From IMG/VR virus record IMGVR_UViG_3300027770_003399, positions 58,121 through 122,120 of that record: a stretch of DNA of 64,000 nt; one strand, written 5' to 3'. Shown here one piece after another: positions 8,013 to 17,660 of this stretch. A model generated the notes under the pieces. That model saw nothing but the letters and a program-made list of their open reading frames with translations. It did no database searches and was not told where the DNA came from. Source of the DNA: a virus. The translations under genes were made by a program, and so were the position numbers. Numbering within the stretch: the stretch's first letter is position 1; every line of letters begins with the position of its first letter.

Positions 8013-9257
8013 ATGTATAATAGACGCAAATTTTTATTGACCAGTGGTGCTGCTGGTTTGAGTATAGTCTCTAATAATATATCTTTTGGTGTTGATACTA
8101 CCAATGCTCCAGATATTACTCCTAATGAAAATAGTGTTCTATATATCTTTTTAAGTGGTGGGCCAACACAGATTGAAACATTTAACCCTATTCCAGAATC
8201 TACAGCAGAACGAAAATCTATTATTGGTCATTTAAATACAAATGTTGCAGGAATACGGATTGGTGGATTATGGACTGAACTAGCACAAAAAGCTAATAAG
8301 TTTTCTATTGTCAATAGTTTCAGTCATGGAGATGCTAACCATGAAAGCGCAACTCATTGGATGATGACAGGAGAAAGAACAGTTCCTAACTCACCTCCAA
8401 AGTGGCCCAGTTATGGCAGTGTTATTGGGGGCCAATATGGAACCAATACTGCTGATGGGTTGCCCACATATATTAAGCTCAACGATATTCAATATGATGG
8501 GGCAGCATGGATGGGTAATAAGTATATGGGATATACTGCTGCTGGAGAAGGTATTAAGGATTTAATCTTAAAGGAAAAACAAAAGTTTGAAAAAAAATTA
8601 GATATTCTAAAGATGATAGAGAGCGGTTCAAGAATTAGCCCAGATAATAAAGTATCACAGAATTGGATGGAACTTAGGGATCAGGCTGTTGGTGCATTAA
8701 TGGGTAAGGCTAGTGAAGCCTTTTTAATAGAAAAAGATGCTGAGTTTGAAGATTATAAAAAAGACCAGTTGGGCAAAGACTTTTTAACAGCAATAAGATT
8801 AGTAGAACGAGGAGTTAAGTTTGTTACTCTGAATTATGGTGGGTGGGATATGCACGACAATATAGCAGAAGGAATGAAAGGTAGAGTTCCCCCACTAGAT
8901 CATTATATTTCAAAGTATTTAACCTCTATGGAAAAGAGACAAATGAATACTAAAAATATGTTGGTTATGAGTGGGGACTTTGGAAGAACTCCAAAGATTA
9001 ATAAAGGCGGTGGACGAGATCACTGGCCTAGTTTAATCCCCCTGTTTATTGCTTGTGATGGATATAATATGGGCAGAACTATTGGAACATCAGATGCTAA
9101 TGCTGAAAGAGCCGATCAGAATCCTTTTGAACCAGAAGATTTGAAGTGGACAATGTTTGATCATCTGGGAATAAATAAGACTGCTGATTGGTACAGTATT
9201 GAGAATAGACCTCACTCTTTTGTTAAGACAGAAGCTAAGAATATACTAAAGGTGTAA
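8013..9257 (+). CDS. DUF1501 family protein with Tat-like signal
   Basis: NRRKFL signal, FLSGGPTQIETF, GGWDMH, GDFGRTP, GRDHWP. Confidence 0.88.
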   Translation: MYNRRKFLLTSGAAGLSIVSNNISFGVDTTNAPDITPNENSVLYIFLSGGPTQIETFNPIPESTAERKSIIGHLNTNVAGIRIGGLWTELAQKANKFSIVNSFSHGDANHESATHWMMTGERTVPNSPPKWPSYGSVIGGQYGTNTADGLPTYIKLNDIQYDGAAWMGNKYMGYTAAGEGIKDLILKEKQKFEKKLDILKMIESGSRISPDNKVSQNWMELRDQAVGALMGKASEAFLIEKDAEFEDYKKDQLGKDFLTAIRLVERGVKFVTLNYGGWDMHDNIAEGMKGRVPPLDHYISKYLTSMEKRQMNTKNMLVMSGDFGRTPKINKGGGRDHWPSLIPLFIACDGYNMGRTIGTSDANAERADQNPFEPEDLKWTMFDHLGINKTADWYSIENRPHSFVKTEAKNILKV

Positions 9258-9259
9258 AT

Positions 9260-9463
9260 ATGGATAGATTATATAAAAATTCTAATGATAAAATGATATT
9301 TGGGGTTTGTTCTGGACTAGCAGACTACTTGGGGATTACTTCCATAATAGTTAGACTATTAACTGTTGCTGGGGTTTTCTTTAGTTTAAGTCTCGTCTTT
9401 TGGATATATTTATTATTAGCTATTATACTGCCACAAAAAAACAAAAACAATACTGGAGTTTAA
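9260..9463 (+). CDS. pspC: PspC domain membrane protein
   Basis: RLYKNSNDKMIFGVCSGLADYLGI...VRLL...YLLLAIILP matches PspC. Confidence 0.85.
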   Translation: MDRLYKNSNDKMIFGVCSGLADYLGITSIIVRLLTVAGVFFSLSLVFWIYLLLAIILPQKNKNNTGV

Positions 9464-9464
9464 C

Positions 9465-9890
9465 ATGAATAGAGCCAATGAGTTATTAAATTCAATAAAA
9501 AGTGAACTAGAATGTCCTCCAGCAACTCAAGATGTATCTATTAATTTAAAAAATAGACAGAATGCAATAGATGTTGCTAATTATGGGCCAGCTAATCCAA
9601 ATGAACCAGATGAACCATATTGGCAAAAAAAAGCAGATCAGTTTAAAACTACTGTGCCTATTGCAAAAACTATGTTATGTGGGAATTGTGCTGTTTTTAT
9701 TATTAAACAGAAAATGATAAATTGTATAGAAAAAGGATTAGCTTCTGAAACAGATGAGTATGGTGACCCAGAAAATCCAAAAGAGATAGTTGATCAGGCA
9801 GACCTCGGGTATTGTGAAATATTTGATTTTAAATGTGCAGGAAGTAGAACTTGTGATGCTTGGGTTGTTAATGGCCCACTAACAGATTAG
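9465..9890 (+). CDS. Cys-rich phage hypothetical protein
   Basis: CGNC and GYCEIFDFKCAGSRTCDAW motifs. Confidence 0.6.
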   Translation: MNRANELLNSIKSELECPPATQDVSINLKNRQNAIDVANYGPANPNEPDEPYWQKKADQFKTTVPIAKTMLCGNCAVFIIKQKMINCIEKGLASETDEYGDPENPKEIVDQADLGYCEIFDFKCAGSRTCDAWVVNGPLTD

Positions 9891-9899
9891 AGTATTATT

Positions 9900-10427
9900 A
9901 TGCCAATCCCAAATAGAGAAAAAAATGAAGATAAAGATAAATTTATGTCTCGCTGTATGAGTAGCGAAGTAATGAATAAAGAATATCCAGATTCTGCTCA
10001 AAGATCAGCTATTTGTTATGGGCAGAATAAATCTAAATCTGATAGTATACTAGAAAAGATTAATGACTCATATATATTAGCTAATAGTATTTGGGATGAA
10101 TCTATTGTAGACTATACTTATTATGCTCTTTATAATGAAAATAATGAATTAATATCCTCAGAAAAAGATGGTAAAAAAGTAACTTTAAATAAACCCTTTA
10201 GAACATCAGATGGCCCCAAAAAATTTAGTGTGTATGTAAAGAATGACAAAGGAAATGTTGTTAAGGTTAATTTTGGTGATCCTAACATGGAAATTAAAAG
10301 AGACGATCCAGCTAGGCGTAGATCATATAGAGCTAGACATAACTGTGATAATCCCGGCCCCAAATGGAAGGCCAATTATTGGAGTTGTAAAATGTGGTCT
10401 ACCACAAATGTATCTGACTTAACGTAG
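9900..10427 (+). CDS. Conserved phage hypothetical protein
   Basis: KVNFGDPNM...RRSYRARHNC...YWSC motif recalled from aquatic phages. Confidence 0.6.
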   Translation: MPIPNREKNEDKDKFMSRCMSSEVMNKEYPDSAQRSAICYGQNKSKSDSILEKINDSYILANSIWDESIVDYTYYALYNENNELISSEKDGKKVTLNKPFRTSDGPKKFSVYVKNDKGNVVKVNFGDPNMEIKRDDPARRRSYRARHNCDNPGPKWKANYWSCKMWSTTNVSDLT

Positions 10428-10435
10428 GAATACAT

Positions 10436-11083
10436 ATGAATCTTTCTCTACTTCTTTTATATGATAAGATAGAAAAATTAACATATAATGATGCTTGGGT
10501 AGAAATTCCCATGCCGGATATAATATCTTTTGATTATAAAACTATTCTTAAAAGCCCGCCGTCTAATACTGATTCAAAAACATTAAAAGAATTAAAATTA
10601 GTAGCAGATGCAACATTCAATAGGTCTGATGCTGAAGTTGAAAAAATGTATAGTATAGATCAAGATTTGGATGGCCCATTTATTAATTTGCTCTCTAAAT
10701 ATAATTTGGAATATCCCCAAGAATATATAAATGTTTTCTATGACATAGTTAAGCCAGTATTAATGAATACTAAAAGCTATTGGAATAGACCAAGACCATT
10801 TCAATTGGCTAAATTATTGAATATTCCCATAAATCCAATTATTACAAATACTGTGCATACTCCTTCTTATCCTTCTGGTCATACTTTCTATTCTAGATTA
10901 GTGGCTAATATATTGAAACATACCTATCCTAAGATCGAAAATAGAATATTGGACAGTATAGTGTATGATACTGCTAGAGCAAGAGTAATACAGGGTGCTC
11001 ATTATCCATCAGATAGCGAGGCTTCTATCTTGTGTGCTAATTATGTTTTTAAAAATCTAATATTAAAAATAGGAGATATTTAA
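10436..11083 (+). CDS. PAP2 / acid phosphatase-haloperoxidase superfamily protein
   Basis: KxxxxRPRP, PSYPSGH and RVIQGAHYPSD motifs. Confidence 0.85.
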   Translation: MNLSLLLLYDKIEKLTYNDAWVEIPMPDIISFDYKTILKSPPSNTDSKTLKELKLVADATFNRSDAEVEKMYSIDQDLDGPFINLLSKYNLEYPQEYINVFYDIVKPVLMNTKSYWNRPRPFQLAKLLNIPINPIITNTVHTPSYPSGHTFYSRLVANILKHTYPKIENRILDSIVYDTARARVIQGAHYPSDSEASILCANYVFKNLILKIGDI

Positions 11084-11256
11084 TGAGTAGATACCAAGAA
11101 ATATTAAATAGCATTTGCGAAACACTGACGGGTAAGCAAGGACTATGGGATAATATCAGAAAGAAAAAACAAAAAGAGGGTAAAAAATACAAACCTGCCA
11201 AAAGAGGAGATGAAGATAGGCCAGACCCAGAACAATGGAAAAAACTAACAAAGTAA
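11083..11256 (+). CDS. Small basic hypothetical protein (57 aa), not in the ORF track
   Basis: TAATG coupling to the upstream stop, AGGAG SD, GLWDNIRKKK motif. Confidence 0.6.
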   Translation: MSRYQEILNSICETLTGKQGLWDNIRKKKQKEGKKYKPAKRGDEDRPDPEQWKKLTK

Positions 11257-11264
11257 TTATTAAC

Positions 11265-11939
11265 ATGGAGAATATTATGCTTCTAAAATATGACCTTGAA
11301 CAATCAATTTCAAAATTATTATCAGAACAAGAAAATGATATAACCCTAAACGAGAAACATCTCGGTAGTACGTTGGATGATTTTCTAAAAGAGCAAAATC
11401 CTCCAGAAATAAAATTAGAGATTGACGAACCTTCAGAAATTGAAGAGCCATCGAACATAGAAACAAGGATAGAATATAATAATCCTCTTGTTGTTGAACT
11501 TATTAAAAAGTCCCTAAATATACACTGGCAGCAAACAACAGTTCTTACTGCCCAAGCTGAACATCTTCAGAGATGGGGATATAAGAAACTAGCAGCTATA
11601 TTTAAAGCAGATGCTATCCAAGAACAAACACACGCTGCCATTAACATTAAAAGATTGGAATTTTTTGATGCAGATCACCAACCACTAATTATTGCCCCTC
11701 CAGCTTGGGCTAGACATGATATGGTTGCTATGATCAAATATAATCTTGCTTCTGTGATGGAAGCATCCGTTGCAGAAAGAACCACTATTGTTGCTGCTAG
11801 AGCGGTAGGAGATGAAATAACAGCTAATATGTTTATTGAACTCCTACAAGGGAGCGAAGATGGTATCGAGCTATATACCGGCTTCTTGAAATTGATTGAA
11901 CAAATGGGGATTGATAATTTCTTGACACTTCAAGTATGA
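11265..11939 (+). CDS. Bacterioferritin-like protein with degenerate ligands
   Basis: WGYKKLA...EQTHA..NIKRLEFFD aligns with the Bfr helices. Confidence 0.7.
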   Translation: MENIMLLKYDLEQSISKLLSEQENDITLNEKHLGSTLDDFLKEQNPPEIKLEIDEPSEIEEPSNIETRIEYNNPLVVELIKKSLNIHWQQTTVLTAQAEHLQRWGYKKLAAIFKADAIQEQTHAAINIKRLEFFDADHQPLIIAPPAWARHDMVAMIKYNLASVMEASVAERTTIVAARAVGDEITANMFIELLQGSEDGIELYTGFLKLIEQMGIDNFLTLQV

Positions 11940-12349
11940 ATAATAAAAAAACCGTCAAAGAATTAAAGATAGCTATTAACAATCTTATTATTGAAGAAAA
12001 GAAAAAACGCCAAACTTTAAAAAAGATTTCAAAAAAATATGTTTTATATGGCACAAGACTAGCAATCCTAGTGTGTTGTCTTATAATATTACTGATAGTT
12101 GTAACTGGTATCTCTTGCATCAAAATAGATTCTCCAGAAACATCAGTTGGTAGAAAAGTTATTAAAGAGCAAATAAAATTGTACAATAATACCACAGAAC
12201 TTATGGATCATAATCACATTAATAAATATTATGAAAAACTAAATATTTCTGATAAACAAGCTCTTGAGCAAGAAATGAGACTATTGGTAGACGCAGAAAC
12301 TAAACATAGGACTAGATTAGAGAATAATTTTAATAGAAAAGGAAATTAA
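11936..12349 (+). CDS. Hypothetical membrane protein
   Basis: One hydrophobic segment; ATGA coupling. Confidence 0.55.
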   Translation: MNNKKTVKELKIAINNLIIEEKKKRQTLKKISKKYVLYGTRLAILVCCLIILLIVVTGISCIKIDSPETSVGRKVIKEQIKLYNNTTELMDHNHINKYYEKLNISDKQALEQEMRLLVDAETKHRTRLENNFNRKGN

Positions 12350-12350
12350 T

Positions 12351-12578
12351 ATGAGTGATCTTAAATATGAACCTGTTCCGCACAATCAAAAGGCTTTTCT
12401 TGAAGGGGCATCGAAACGCAGTGGTTTTCAACAAGCCTATGATGCTCTTGAAGCCGAGTATGCCTCACAATCATCCATGATAGAAGAATTAATTCCAGCA
12501 ATTGGACTACACGACTCTTTATTGAGCTATGGGTATAATCCAAAAGATTGTGAAAAAAAATTCAAGGAACCCTCTTGA
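12351..12578 (+). CDS. Hypothetical protein
   Basis: ORF in operon with SD-like sequence. Confidence 0.5.
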   Translation: MSDLKYEPVPHNQKAFLEGASKRSGFQQAYDALEAEYASQSSMIEELIPAIGLHDSLLSYGYNPKDCEKKFKEPS

Positions 12579-12602
12579 CAAGCCGATAATACCTGATAGA
12601 AT
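12575..12602 (+). promoter_or_regulatory. Sigma70-type promoter
   Basis: TTGACA-16-TAGAAT with CGATA in the spacer. Confidence 0.75.
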
Positions 12603-12677
12603 GATAGGACGAAGCAAGATTATGGTTATCTCTCGATAACCGCTTGCAAGATTGGTAGAACTCTTGGAGGACTAGAT

Positions 12678-12959
12678 ATGTCAGAGGTTACTTCGGTTGA
12701 TAAGACTACTCGGATTCGTTGTGAGGACGAGAAGTTTCTGGAAGCTGTTTTTTCTAGCAAAACATATGCTGAAATTGCAGTAAAGACGGGGCAGAAGGTT
12801 GCTAGCACAATGGCTAGATATGCTCGTACTAAGGCTTCTTTGATTGCTCAGGGCATTGATTTGCCAGCGATGGAACGAGCAAAGCCTGTAAAGACAGTAA
12901 ATAAGAATGAGAACATGGCTGATATTGTTCGCAGGCTTAGAGAAGCTCATAACGGATGA
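12678..12959 (+). CDS. Small HTH-like hypothetical protein
   Basis: GGAGG SD; TYAEIAVKTG helix-turn-helix-like segment. Confidence 0.55.
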   Translation: MSEVTSVDKTTRIRCEDEKFLEAVFSSKTYAEIAVKTGQKVASTMARYARTKASLIAQGIDLPAMERAKPVKTVNKNENMADIVRRLREAHNG

Positions 12960-12960
12960 T

Positions 12961-13059
12961 GTACTTTTGTTAGTAAGGGTCTACCTTTTTGGGCTTTTAC
13001 TTATAACAAAGTAGTACCTCAAGAACACAGCATGGGCTTCATCTGTGCTGTGTCTTGAG
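12961..13059 (+). other. Two adjacent hairpins upstream of the tRNA
   Basis: Inverted repeats at 12961-13017 and 13018-13059 (CTCAAG-ACACAGCA...TGCTGTGT-CTTGAG). Confidence 0.55.
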
Positions 13060-13070
13060 GAACTATACGG

Positions 13071-13154
13071 GCCTTTGTGATGAAATTGGCAACCATAGCG
13101 GACTTAAAATCCGCTGCTCGTAAGAGCTTGTGGGTTCGAGTCCCACCGAAGGCA
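13071..13154 (+). tRNA. trnL: tRNA-Leu (anticodon TAA)
   Basis: Acceptor GCCTTTG/CGAAGGC, anticodon arm GCGGA-CTTAAAA-TCCGC, long variable arm, GTTCGAG T loop; CCA not encoded. Confidence 0.93.
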
Positions 13155-13156
13155 CT

Positions 13157-13477
13157 ATGATAAACTCAACAAATAGATTCTACAAGGGCATTTGCTCAAA
13201 TTCTGGAAATGAATCTTCTAATTTTGACCATTTTTATATTTTGACAGTAAGAGATATAAATGATTATTCTGGGGGCCATATAGTAGAGACTGTAAAGAAT
13301 ACAGAAGATTATTTTGATGATGATGGAATGATTGGTAGTCCCTATTATATTATTTATGGTCATTTTAAGAGTAATTTTGCTACTACGTCTCTTTATATTA
13401 TGGAAACTGAATTTTTATATCAAGCTATTAATATTGTTGAAACCATAACTGGAAATGATATAAAAGAGAACTACTAG
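13157..13477 (+). CDS. Hypothetical protein
   Basis: ORF; the listed upstream start lies inside the tRNA, so ATG 13157 is preferred. Confidence 0.55.
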   Translation: MINSTNRFYKGICSNSGNESSNFDHFYILTVRDINDYSGGHIVETVKNTEDYFDDDGMIGSPYYIIYGHFKSNFATTSLYIMETEFLYQAINIVETITGNDIKENY

Positions 13478-13488
13478 AAAAAAGAATA

Positions 13489-13500
13489 GGTGTATAAATA
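13489..13500 (+). promoter_or_regulatory. GGTGTATA motif
   Basis: GGTGTATAAATA, intergenic before ATG 13531. Confidence 0.5.
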
Positions 13501-13530
13501 GATTATTCTTTCTCTATTAGGGAGTATATT

Positions 13531-13845
13531 ATGACTAAAGATATTAATCACGTTATTCAAGAAATAGCTAAACAAGACAAACAACTTCATAATATACAGA
13601 GTATAGATACTTCCTTATCTAAAGATATGTCTATCTTGAAAAAAGATGTATCTGATCTTAAAAAGTATGTCAAAACACTAGAACATAAAATAGATGCTGT
13701 TCTAGAGATCATGGTCGAATTTAGAGACGCTGTAGAAATGGCTCAAGACGATGCTGAATCATCAGAGAATCCAGATTGGACTCCTTATAACGATGAGGAA
13801 TACGATAGAGAAGAAGAAGACGAAGACGAAGATGAGGCATTTTAA
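13531..13845 (+). CDS. Coiled-coil protein with acidic tail
   Basis: Heptad pattern, D/E-rich C-terminus, GGAG SD. Confidence 0.6.
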   Translation: MTKDINHVIQEIAKQDKQLHNIQSIDTSLSKDMSILKKDVSDLKKYVKTLEHKIDAVLEIMVEFRDAVEMAQDDAESSENPDWTPYNDEEYDREEEDEDEDEAF

Positions 13846-13847
13846 AT

Positions 13848-14084
13848 ATGGAGAGCTTAGTTATTCTAGTCACTATTTTAGTCTTAATTGTTCTTTTAGT
13901 AGGCCCACTAGCTTTAATTATGTCTTATATTAAGATCATTCCAGATATAATTATATGGGTCATGGGATTAATTTCTATCTCTATTGGGGCATATTGGTTT
14001 ATTCTGCCGATTCCTTTTATCGTAAAACTCCCAGCGTTGCTTGCAATTTTGTTAGGAATATTCGCAGTAAAGAAAAGGTCTTGA
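13848..14084 (+). CDS. Small multi-TM membrane protein
   Basis: Almost entirely hydrophobic. Confidence 0.55.
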   Translation: MESLVILVTILVLIVLLVGPLALIMSYIKIIPDIIIWVMGLISISIGAYWFILPIPFIVKLPALLAILLGIFAVKKRS

Positions 14085-14109
14085 CAAGTCGATAAGACTA
14101 TGGTAGAAT
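14081..14109 (+). promoter_or_regulatory. Sigma70-type promoter for rIIA
   Basis: TTGACA-17-TAGAAT with extended TG and CGATA in the spacer. Confidence 0.85.
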
Positions 14110-14148
14110 GGGTGAATCATAGGACAGGAAACCTTTTTGGAGAAATAG

Positions 14149-16773
14149 ATGAAACTCGCAGATCGTACAGTTGAAACGCACTCATCCGGCATTACTAGCT
14201 CTTCTGGGTTCAATATCGCCCAAACTAGTAAAATGTTTAAAATCCTATCTGATTCTCTGTATTCGGATAAGATCATGGCTGTGATTAGAGAAATATCTAC
14301 TAATGCTCAGGATGCTCATATTGAGAGTGGAAACAAAAAACCTTTTGTTGTTCATTTGCCGAACGTAACAGAACCCGAATTCTCTGTAAGAGACTACGGC
14401 ACTGGTCTAAGTAAGAGAGATATGGAGGAGTTGTATACAACATATGGTGCTTCTAGCAAGAATGATAGTAATGATTATGTGGGATGCCTTGGTCTGGGCA
14501 GCAAGTCTCCCTTTGCGTATAGTAATAGTTTTACTACGACATCTTATTTTAATGGTAAAAAATATACTTATGTTGCGTCCATAGACGAAACAGGTATTCC
14601 ATCATTAAATCTATTTAATGTTGCAGATACATCGGAAGCTAATGGTCTACAAATTAGTTTTGCTGTTAAAACAGCAGACTTCGATGCTTTTTCTAATAAA
14701 GCAAAGAGGGTATATCATTATTTTAAGAATAAACCATTGGTAATTGGTGGTTCTCCCTTGAATGGATTTGAAAATCACAAATATAGCAAAGAAGAGATAA
14801 TCACTAGTGGGATCAACTGGAAAGTATTAAAAATCTCCAGCTATTCCAACGATGATTTTCCTTCTCAAAATAATAGAGTAGACAGTAGTCTGGTAGCTAT
14901 TATGGGAGATGTTGCTTATCCGGTAAATATTAATATGATTACTGGGTCAGTGAAAGAAGAAGATTCTGTATCGGACAAGTGGACTAATTCTTGGGGATCA
15001 CAGAAGAAGAAAAATATTCATAACTGGTCATCTTTTCTCAGCGAGATTGATAAGGGGTCTTTCTGTCTAGAAATAAATTTTAATATTGGCGAACTAGAAA
15101 TGGATGTTTCTAGAGAATCCCTCCAGTATACTAAAGCTGTTATCAAAACTATCAAAGACAAGGTGGAAGAAGCCTATCTGTCTATGAGAAAACAGGCCAC
15201 TAAGGATATTTCAGAATCTAAAACAAAAATCGAGGCTATGAGAAAATACTATAGTCTTGAACAAATCGGTAAAGGCTGGAATGTTGGGGCCACATGGACT
15301 GATTCTCATGGGGTTGCACATAAAATAGAAGACAAAGATATTGTCTATAAGATAGAACCTAACAAGAATCTACTTGTGTTTAATTATAAATCCCCATCAT
15401 ATAGAAGTAAAAGATTAGTTTGTCCAACAGATAGGATTCATGTCGAGACAATAAATGGAGTAGGATACTACGCATCAAAAGCAAAATCTAAGGTAGTATT
15501 CTTTTATCGTGATGTTAAAAGTTTGGATCAGGCTCAATCTATAGTTACAAGATATTGTAATCAGAATACCTGTTTTGCATACCTACTATCAGATAGGGAT
15601 CATGCCAAATCTCTTGAGGGATTTGACACTCTTGTAGAAGATGTTGGAAAGGAAAATATCCTTCCTGTTAGTGATTATAAAAATCTTATGAAGAATACTT
15701 CATCAAGATCAAGATCAGGTGGTTCTAGTGGACAGGGGCAGATTAGCAAGGATGATATATTTATTCTGTGTTGTTCTGACCCGAATAAGGAATTGGCTGG
15801 AATATCGGCCAAACTTAATAATTCCAATTCTTTGAGTGAGATAGATGATGATTATCTATTTGACATAAAGAAGAAAAATAAAGATATGATCTATATTCCA
15901 ATTGATAGATATTCTTCGATACTTGGATATAATGATATTTCTCTTGTGAAATTAGCAATATCTCATCTTTCGTTAAAGGTAGATGTTTTCTGCATCAAGA
16001 ATAGTTCAGTAAATATATACAGGAAGCAGGGATATAAACTTGTAGACTTTAACGATTATGTTAATCAGCTAGTGTCTGATATGAAAAAAGAATATAAAGA
16101 AGAAATGAGTTATCTGCCAATTGTTGAAAAAGAAACAAAAGAAGTCTCTATGACTTATAATAAGAAAGATAGTAGTCAATATGAATGTTGTGTACACATG
16201 CTCAATATTTTTGGGCTAGATTATAGTAAATTTATTTCTGATAAAAATCTAGTAAGAAGTATCGATCAATTCCTGATAAAAAACTTTTTTGCAGCAGTTG
16301 TGGTGAGCGATACTATTACAACAGACAGATTTAAAAGAGAAGAGTACATGACTCACATAGAGGGATTATTTAAAAAATATAATATTTCCACTATTCATAA
16401 TTTGCCAGAGAGAATAATTTCTTGTTATCAACTAAGCATTAAAATTTTAGCTTTGTACAACGATCTAACAAGACAAGAGACGCACAAATCTTTTGTTGAG
16501 GCTAAATCAACCTGCATATTAGACACTTTTGACGAAATAGCAAAAAATATTAATATTGTGCTTGACAAGAACCCTCTGATCGAGTATATTTGTAGTATGA
16601 CAAGTGTGTCTCACAACCTGACGGGATTGCAGAAATCAAATGATCCAATAGAATCTCTTCAGGCTGCTCGATCAGTGAGCAAATATCGTTATCTTTATTA
16701 TAAACAAAGAGTTCCTAAGATCAAAAACAATAGTCAGTTTCGTGTTCAAGTTGCCCGTGGTATCAATTCTTAG
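14149..16773 (+). CDS. rIIA: rIIA-like protein (N-terminal GHKL ATPase)
   Basis: LSDSLYSDK..AVIREISTNAQDAH, VRDYGTGLS, GLGSKSPFAY; adjacent to rIIB. Confidence 0.85.
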   Translation: MKLADRTVETHSSGITSSSGFNIAQTSKMFKILSDSLYSDKIMAVIREISTNAQDAHIESGNKKPFVVHLPNVTEPEFSVRDYGTGLSKRDMEELYTTYGASSKNDSNDYVGCLGLGSKSPFAYSNSFTTTSYFNGKKYTYVASIDETGIPSLNLFNVADTSEANGLQISFAVKTADFDAFSNKAKRVYHYFKNKPLVIGGSPLNGFENHKYSKEEIITSGINWKVLKISSYSNDDFPSQNNRVDSSLVAIMGDVAYPVNINMITGSVKEEDSVSDKWTNSWGSQKKKNIHNWSSFLSEIDKGSFCLEINFNIGELEMDVSRESLQYTKAVIKTIKDKVEEAYLSMRKQATKDISESKTKIEAMRKYYSLEQIGKGWNVGATWTDSHGVAHKIEDKDIVYKIEPNKNLLVFNYKSPSYRSKRLVCPTDRIHVETINGVGYYASKAKSKVVFFYRDVKSLDQAQSIVTRYCNQNTCFAYLLSDRDHAKSLEGFDTLVEDVGKENILPVSDYKNLMKNTSSRSRSGGSSGQGQISKDDIFILCCSDPNKELAGISAKLNNSNSLSEIDDDYLFDIKKKNKDMIYIPIDRYSSILGYNDISLVKLAISHLSLKVDVFCIKNSSVNIYRKQGYKLVDFNDYVNQLVSDMKKEYKEEMSYLPIVEKETKEVSMTYNKKDSSQYECCVHMLNIFGLDYSKFISDKNLVRSIDQFLIKNFFAAVVVSDTITTDRFKREEYMTHIEGLFKKYNISTIHNLPERIISCYQLSIKILALYNDLTRQETHKSFVEAKSTCILDTFDEIAKNINIVLDKNPLIEYICSMTSVSHNLTGLQKSNDPIESLQAARSVSKYRYLYYKQRVPKIKNNSQFRVQVARGINS
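16562..16590 (+). promoter_or_regulatory. Possible internal promoter for rIIB within the 3' end of rIIA
   Basis: CTTGACAAG-17-TATATT. Confidence 0.45.
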
Positions 16774-16788
16774 TCATAGGAGAATGAG

Positions 16789-17652
16789 ATGAGCGTTCCT
16801 TTTTTGTGGGTGGATGGTAATCTTACGTTGATTTTAAATAATAAGACTTATCAGGTGTTGCCTGATCATGTCAACTATAGGATTATTCTTGAGAATCTAA
16901 AGGATAGTTCAGCAGAAGACCTTGAGGCTCTTGTGGATATTCAAAAGTGCATGGAAGTATATACAGATGGTGCTGTTGAAATCAAGCAGGGTAAAGTGTT
17001 TTACTCTGGGGAAGAGGTTCATGGTGCTATCAGTAAGAGGATTCTGGAGTTTATGAGCAAGGGACTACCTTTTGAGCCTCTGGTAAAGTTCTTGGATAAT
17101 CTTATGGAGAATCCAAGTATGCAGAGTCAGAAGGAACTGTATGATTTCTTGGAACATAAATCCCTCCCTATTACAGAAGACGGTTGTTTTCTTGCTTACA
17201 AGGCTGTTAGAAAAGACTATATGGATAAATATAGTGGGAAATTTGATAACAAGGTGGGATCAGTAGTCAGTATGATTAGAGCGAAAGTAGACGACAATCG
17301 CTCTGTAGGATGTTCTGCTGGTCTTCATGTTGGGGCTTTAGATTATGTTTGTGGATATGGTTCTTTAGAAGCTGGAGACAAGATCGTTATAGTTAAGATC
17401 AATCCGAAGGATGCTGTTAGTGTACCCACAGATAGTAATCATCAAAAACTTCGTACTTGCTCTTATGAAGTTGTTGGTGAATATGAAGGAGAGCTATTGA
17501 AGCCTTTGTATTCTTCAGAGTACGATTCTGAGGACGAGGATGAAGATGACTATGATACTTCAGAGTATGATTGGAGTTGGAAAGACGAAGAAGACGAAGA
17601 GGACGAAGATGATGACGATGTAGAAGACTACGACAATAACCAGTACCTGTGA
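16789..17652 (+). CDS. rIIB: rIIB-like protein
   Basis: FLDNLMENPS...ELYDFL..LPITEDGCFLAYK...CSAGLHVG...KINPKDAVSVPTD..KLRTCSYEVV. Confidence 0.9.
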   Translation: MSVPFLWVDGNLTLILNNKTYQVLPDHVNYRIILENLKDSSAEDLEALVDIQKCMEVYTDGAVEIKQGKVFYSGEEVHGAISKRILEFMSKGLPFEPLVKFLDNLMENPSMQSQKELYDFLEHKSLPITEDGCFLAYKAVRKDYMDKYSGKFDNKVGSVVSMIRAKVDDNRSVGCSAGLHVGALDYVCGYGSLEAGDKIVIVKINPKDAVSVPTDSNHQKLRTCSYEVVGEYEGELLKPLYSSEYDSEDEDEDDYDTSEYDWSWKDEEDEEDEDDDDVEDYDNNQYL

Positions 17653-17660
17653 GATAACCA

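Noticed and set aside
17520-17640. GAY/GAR repeats at the end of rIIB as a DNA repeat element
   Set aside because: Explained by an acidic low-complexity protein tail
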